Below are positions 59,290-64,000 of a stretch of 64,000 nucleotides of DNA, piece after piece. This DNA is from an uncultured Acidobacteriota bacterium. GTDB lineage: Bacteria > Acidobacteriota > Vicinamibacteria > Vicinamibacterales > UBA823. Where the stretch lies: positions 7,696 through 71,695 of the forward strand of contig CAJXDY010000005.1 in assembly GCA_913052135.1 (NCBI GenBank), written 5' to 3'. The notes beneath the pieces are model-generated. The model did not search any database, had not been told where the DNA came from, and was given only the letters and a program-made list of their open reading frames with translations. Numbering within the stretch: the first letter of the stretch is position 1; each line of letters begins with the position of its first letter. Made by a program: the position numbers and the translations under genes.

Positions 59290-60030
59290 ATGAGCACTGC
59301 TGCTGACAAGATTACGGCCTGGATAAAACAACAAGTAGTGACATCCGCTGCCGATGGACTTGTTGTGGGACTAAGTGGCGGAATCGATTCTGCAACCGTT
59401 GCACGACTATGCCAGATCGCCATACCTAATAATGTACTTGGGGTTCTCTTACCTTGTCACAGCGAACCTCAAGACGAAGCTGACGCCAACCTCGTTGCGC
59501 AGCACTTTAAGTTACCAACTATCACCATAGAACTTGATACAAGTTATGATTTTCTACTTAAGCAACTCAAGGGAGCCCTTGCATCTGAGACCGACGGCAG
59601 CAGAATGCCCGAAGCGAATCTTAAACCTCGTCTACGCATGACTTCACTTTATTTTGTGGCCAACACTTTTAACTACCTGGTTGCTGGTACCGGAAATCGA
59701 AGTGAACTTGAGATTGGATATTTCACTAAATACGGTGACGGTGGTGTAGACATGCTACCGCTCGGCAATCTATTCAAGGATCAGGTGCGGACGTTGGCCC
59801 GTCAACTTGATATCCCAACTCCAATCATCGAAAAAGCACCGAGTGCTGGACTTTGGCTCGGTCAAACTGATGAAAACGAAATGGGCTTCTCCTACGCAGA
59901 TCTAGAGTTGTATCTGCGTGAGAACTCGAAAGAGTTACCAGTCGAGTTGACGTCTCGTATCGAACATTTGATGCGATCAAGCGCACACAAACGGGCACTC
60001 CCGCCACGGCCCCCAGAATTTGACGGATAA
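59290..60030 (+). CDS. nadE: NH3-dependent NAD+ synthetase
   Basis: [39 protein letters not shown]...QTDE; no glutaminase domain. Confidence 0.95.
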   Translation: MSTAADKITAWIKQQVVTSAADGLVVGLSGGIDSATVARLCQIAIPNNVLGVLLPCHSEPQDEADANLVAQHFKLPTITIELDTSYDFLLKQLKGALASETDGSRMPEANLKPRLRMTSLYFVANTFNYLVAGTGNRSELEIGYFTKYGDGGVDMLPLGNLFKDQVRTLARQLDIPTPIIEKAPSAGLWLGQTDENEMGFSYADLELYLRENSKELPVELTSRIEHLMRSSAHKRALPPRPPEFDG

Positions 60031-60034
60031 AACT

Positions 60035-61924
60035 TTAGGTGGTGAGTTGCGATGTCGAAGTATCGATAAGTCGTCGTACCGTGGCAACTATATGCGTCGT
60101 GGAAATGCCATAACGATCAAATAATTCATCAGGTTGTCCACTTCTCGGAATATCCTTTATAGCCAAGCGGTGGACTTGAATCCCGAGAGGGCTCACAGCT
60201 GCACTGACAGCATCGCCAAGGCCACCATTAACGTAGTGATCCTCGACTGTAATGAGAGCGTTACCGGTTTGACGAGCCGAGTCGACTAAAGTCGCAACAT
60301 CGATAGGTTCAATCGAATACGCATCAATTACACGGACCGGAGTCCCCGCCGCCGAAAGTTCATCGCTGGCCTTCAGGGCTTCAAATACGGTTATTCCAGC
60401 GGCAACGACCGTGGCCACAGCCAATGGAGTGTCTCGTATCACCTTAGAACCACCGATCTCGAATTTCTCATCGGCGCCATAAATAACAGGGGTTGCAGGT
60501 CGAGTCGTTCTGATATAAACCATGCCCTTATGCGCCGCCGCCGCCATAACGAGTCGCTCGGTGCTCATCGCGTCACAGGGATACAGCACTGTGCAATTAG
60601 GTACCGCACGCATCATCGCAAGATCCTCAAGCGCCATCTGTGATGGTCCGTCTTCACCAATTGACACGCCGGCATGCGAACCAGCAAGTTTTATATTCAA
60701 GTTACTAATACCCGCCATACGAATAAAATCATAGGCGCGAGATAAGAAACATGCGAACGTGGAGGGAAATGGAATTGCACCTCGGCTAGCAAGTCCCATA
60801 GCGGCACCAACCATCACCTGTTCAGCAATGAAAGTTTGATAGAAACGAGCGCCGTGCGCTTCCTCGAAGGCGTTACTGAATGTCGAGTTGCTCACATCCG
60901 CATCGAGCGCAACGACTCTCTGATCAACGGCTCCCAGAGTCGCAAGGGCGTTCCCGTACGCCTTCCGGGTCGCCACCTTGGCATCAGTGTCGTACTGTGG
61001 CGTTAGGACGCTGACGTCATTCGCAGGTTGCACCATCTCGGCAGGCAAGGCGGATGGTGAAGGAATCTTCGGAGTGACTAAGCCAGCTGTCAACCGTGCT
61101 TCAAGTTCCGCGACGGCACGGTCAGCCTGCTCTCCTTTCTTGAGCGCCTTACCGTGCCAATTGTCAAGACCCTCAAATATTGACACCCCTTTACCTTTCA
61201 GCGTGCGAGCCACAATCATCGTGGGACGATTTTTGGTTCGGCGAGCCTCTTTTAATGCATTAAGAAGCGCGCCGATATCATGCCCGTCAACGACAATGGC
61301 ATGCCAGCCAAAAGCTATCCATCGCTTCGCATACTCATCAACATCGTGACCCCATTGAGTCTGACGGCTTTGACCCAACGCGTTCACATCGGTCACGCCA
61401 CATAATGAGTCAAGCTTGTGATGCGCACCAACCTGCGCAGCTTCCCATACTGATCCTTCCGCCGATTCTCCATCCCCAATCAGCACGTAAGTCCGGTAAT
61501 CCGAATCAATTCGCCTTGCATTCAGAGCAATGCCTACTGCGGCACAAATACCCTGCCCTAACGAACCTGTCGCCACATCGACGAACGGTAACCGTGGAGT
61601 TGGATGCCCCTCAAGGTCGGAATCGATACAACGAAGCTTCGTTAATTCTTTACGAGAGATTACGCCGGCTTCAGCCCATGCAGCGTACAATAATGGGGCC
61701 GCATGTCCTTTCGACATCACAAAGCGATCATTTCCAGAATGTTGTGGATTCTTCGGATCAAACCGCATCTCGCCAAAAAACAAAGTCGCCACGATGTCCG
61801 CTGCGGAACAACAACTGGTCGGATGACCGCTACCAGCCTCACTCGTAGAGCGAATGGAGTCAATACGAAGCCGTGTGGCAATATTTTGCAAAGCAGGAAC
61901 TAGAGAAGCACTATCGACCGACAC
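60035..61924 (-). CDS. tkt: Transketolase (about 620-aa, mammalian-TKT-like clade)
   Basis: SGHPTSCCS, LEGHPTP, TGSLGQG, GDGESAEGS (TPP motif), HAGVSIGEDGPSQMALED; GGAGG RBS, GTG start. Confidence 0.95.
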   Translation of the reverse strand: MSVDSASLVPALQNIATRLRIDSIRSTSEAGSGHPTSCCSAADIVATLFFGEMRFDPKNPQHSGNDRFVMSKGHAAPLLYAAWAEAGVISRKELTKLRCIDSDLEGHPTPRLPFVDVATGSLGQGICAAVGIALNARRIDSDYRTYVLIGDGESAEGSVWEAAQVGAHHKLDSLCGVTDVNALGQSRQTQWGHDVDEYAKRWIAFGWHAIVVDGHDIGALLNALKEARRTKNRPTMIVARTLKGKGVSIFEGLDNWHGKALKKGEQADRAVAELEARLTAGLVTPKIPSPSALPAEMVQPANDVSVLTPQYDTDAKVATRKAYGNALATLGAVDQRVVALDADVSNSTFSNAFEEAHGARFYQTFIAEQVMVGAAMGLASRGAIPFPSTFACFLSRAYDFIRMAGISNLNIKLAGSHAGVSIGEDGPSQMALEDLAMMRAVPNCTVLYPCDAMSTERLVMAAAAHKGMVYIRTTRPATPVIYGADEKFEIGGSKVIRDTPLAVATVVAAGITVFEALKASDELSAAGTPVRVIDAYSIEPIDVATLVDSARQTGNALITVEDHYVNGGLGDAVSAAVSPLGIQVHRLAIKDIPRSGQPDELFDRYGISTTHIVATVRRLIDTSTSQLTT

Positions 61925-62077
61925 AACTCACCTCCAAAACAGTAGTCTAGACTTCACACACCATATCGTAGTACTCAAACAACTCAACTGTACTCTACGC
62001 AGCTAGTATCTTCTCGCTAAGATCATTCTGAGTAAGGAACAGTCTGTTTACTCTGGCCAGTCAATTATAATAGGGTC

Positions 62078-62566
62078 ATGTTCTTCTTACGCTATATGTA
62101 CGTTTTGACGCTTGCTGTGTGGCTTGGAGGCATGATTATCCTGGGAACGCTGGCAGCTCCAGCAACGTTCGACACACTCCAAGCGCGAAACCCCTCTGGT
62201 GGCCGTGTGGCTGCAGGTGCTGTCTTTGGTGAAATGTTAAAGAGGTTTCATCGGGTAAGCTACGTGGCAGGAGTGATTATGATTGCGTCCCTGATTGGTA
62301 TGGCTGCACTGGGACAACGTCCAATAGATTTCGGCGTCCGCCTAGGCCTGTTGTCGATCATGCTGCTACTGAGCCTGGGCTCTGGAATGGTGGTAACGGC
62401 TCGGATCGAAAAATTGCAGCAAGCCACTGCTGGGCCGATCAGCGGACTGCCCAGCGATGACCCAAGACGACAACAATTCGGGCAATTGCATGGCCTGTCG
62501 AATCTCCTGATGATGCTGAACGTCGCAGGAGGATTGGCGCTTGTCTATTGGGAAGCAAAAGGTTGA
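62078..62566 (+). CDS. DUF4149/TMEM205-like membrane protein
   Basis: WLGG...AAP..F, AGAVFG, FGQLHGLS; four TM helices. Confidence 0.85.
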   Translation: MFFLRYMYVLTLAVWLGGMIILGTLAAPATFDTLQARNPSGGRVAAGAVFGEMLKRFHRVSYVAGVIMIASLIGMAALGQRPIDFGVRLGLLSIMLLLSLGSGMVVTARIEKLQQATAGPISGLPSDDPRRQQFGQLHGLSNLLMMLNVAGGLALVYWEAKG

Positions 62567-62618
62567 ACAGGAACTTGCTCGCACCAAGGTGTTATCGAGC
62601 CCATGATATAGTGCCCTC

Positions 62619-63746
62619 GTGAAACTGGACGAGGTTACCCAAGCTGTTCTTGCTCGGGACGAAATTGTACGCTACCTGCACGAGTCCCATGAAGGCGATA
62701 AATCTGACACCAGAGAGCGAATTCACGCCTATCTTGAAGAACTGCGAACAACCCAGCGATATCCGTTCTATCGTGCTCTTAAACATCCGCTGTATCCGAT
62801 ATTTAGAAAACTGGATTTGCGTCCAGAACACGTGGATATTCCAGTAGCAGCCACGCGTAAGGGTCGAGTTATCTATGCGTCGAATCATAAAAGTCATCTC
62901 GACTATTTAGTGGAACCAGTGGTGCTCGACGACCACGGTATTCGTCCACCGATTATCGCAGCCGGTATCAATCTGTTTAGTGGTCCACTAGGTTTACTGC
63001 ATCGCCACATCACAGGAGCAATGCCCGTTCGACGCAATACCAAAGATCCTGCGTACTTGGTGACGCTAAAGGCTTATGTCGCCGAACTGCTACAACGGCA
63101 TGATCTCTTAATTTATCTTGAGGGCGGTCGTTCATATAACGGTGCTATGAAATCACCAAAGACAGGACTACTCCACGCGGCCCTGCAGGCAGACCACGAG
63201 AACCTGACTGTCGTGCCAGTCGCGGTAGCTTATGATCTCGTGCTCGAAGATCAAGTACTAGCCAAACAGGGAACCAAACGTTCTCAACGTCCGTTTACTC
63301 GTGAGTTAGCTGAAATGATCCGTTACGGTATGGGGTATCACTCACGTGCCTTTGTCACCTTTGGATCTCCAATGACGTTACACGAATGGAATCCAGAGTC
63401 ACGTCGATCGGTCATGGATTTGGCCAAACTGATTAGTGAGACAATAGGTAAGTTGCACAAAGTACTGCCTACCGCGCTCCTTGCAGCGGCGCTTCGGCCC
63501 TCGATGTTAAAAAACGATTTAATTGATCGAATCGACGGACTCTTGGACGAGTTGCGTCAAGTAGACGCCAATTTGTCAGTAGCGAGTGGTGCCGAAGCCC
63601 TAGAACAGGCAACTGAACCACTAGCCACACGAGGTGTCATCGTGGTTGAACACGATCGTTATCGGGTGCGTGAGCGCACTGTACTCCGGTATTACGCGAG
63701 AACAATCAAGCATCTGCTCTCACCAACAGGACAGGTCACACATTGA
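62619..63746 (+). CDS. Glycerol-3-phosphate/DHAP acyltransferase (PlsB/GNPAT-like)
   Basis: NHKSHLD (HX4D), AAGINL, EGGRS..G, PVAVAYD.VLE. Confidence 0.85.
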   Translation: MKLDEVTQAVLARDEIVRYLHESHEGDKSDTRERIHAYLEELRTTQRYPFYRALKHPLYPIFRKLDLRPEHVDIPVAATRKGRVIYASNHKSHLDYLVEPVVLDDHGIRPPIIAAGINLFSGPLGLLHRHITGAMPVRRNTKDPAYLVTLKAYVAELLQRHDLLIYLEGGRSYNGAMKSPKTGLLHAALQADHENLTVVPVAVAYDLVLEDQVLAKQGTKRSQRPFTRELAEMIRYGMGYHSRAFVTFGSPMTLHEWNPESRRSVMDLAKLISETIGKLHKVLPTALLAAALRPSMLKNDLIDRIDGLLDELRQVDANLSVASGAEALEQATEPLATRGVIVVEHDRYRVRERTVLRYYARTIKHLLSPTGQVTH

Positions 63747-63790
63747 AGCCAGGCCGATTCATTCCTCATCACGTCTGATATGATCACTGC

Positions 63791-64000
63791 ATGCCGCAGA
63801 TAGATAAAGCGGCGCCTGCGCCGTCGCCGTCGCTCACGGATCTCAAACGGGCTCTAAAGACTCCATTTGTCCCCATTCCAGCAGGCTGGTTTCTAATGGG
63901 TAGCACGACTGGACAGGCGGACGAACGCCCGTTACACCGTGTTTGGGTCGAAGCATTCGAGATGGCTGTGTATCCCGTGACGCGGGCACAGTATAAAGAG
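63791..64000 (+). CDS. Formylglycine-generating enzyme (SUMF1/FGE-sulfatase) family protein, 5' part (truncated by window end)
   Basis: ORF from ATG 63791: ...FVPIPAGWFLMGSTTGQADERPLHRVWVEAFEMAVYPVTRAQY, the typical FGE-domain N-terminal motif. Confidence 0.85.
   Translation, partial: MPQIDKAAPAPSPSLTDLKRALKTPFVPIPAGWFLMGSTTGQADERPLHRVWVEAFEMAVYPVTRAQYKE

Overview
This is a gene-dense chromosomal core region, with GC content judged by eye at roughly 50%. Gene content and order suggest an Acidobacteriota genome, probably Vicinamibacterales-like; this is inferred from the acidobacterial-type VWA protein, the ECF/zf-HC2 locus and the tamB-Omp85-SurA block. Blocks in order: tRNA-Leu(TAG)-tig-clpP-clpX-lon-engB-rho-rpmE; a B12-dependent ribonucleotide reductase (nrdJ) with tandem NrdR boxes; a minus-strand run of hslV-hslU, FN3 lipoprotein, transaldolase, acyl-CoA carboxylase, tamB, Omp85 and a SurA-like gene; an ECF sigma/anti-sigma/VWA-fusion/lipoprotein locus; ABC-F; topA-trmFO-xerC; rplU-rpmA-obgE-nadD-rsfS; lpxC, lysA, tmk and uvrA; an amine-dehydrogenase/HOGA-like aldolase/HNH/beta-propeller cluster; M1 peptidase-membrane protein-nadE; a mammalian-like transketolase; DUF4149; a PlsB-like acyltransferase; and a truncated FGE-family gene. 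I found no transposase, prophage, CRISPR array or rRNA, and no unambiguous new system. The best candidates for undescribed biology are (i) the ECF locus, whose VWA fusion has an exact 20-bp in-frame repeat at the domain junction, (ii) the dehydrogenase plus HOGA-like aldolase pair, (iii) the carboxylase-tamB-long Omp85-SurA operon, (iv) a structured nrdJ leader, (v) an N-terminally truncated Rho and (vi) a probable decayed dprA. All product calls come from motif recognition; no database searches were run.
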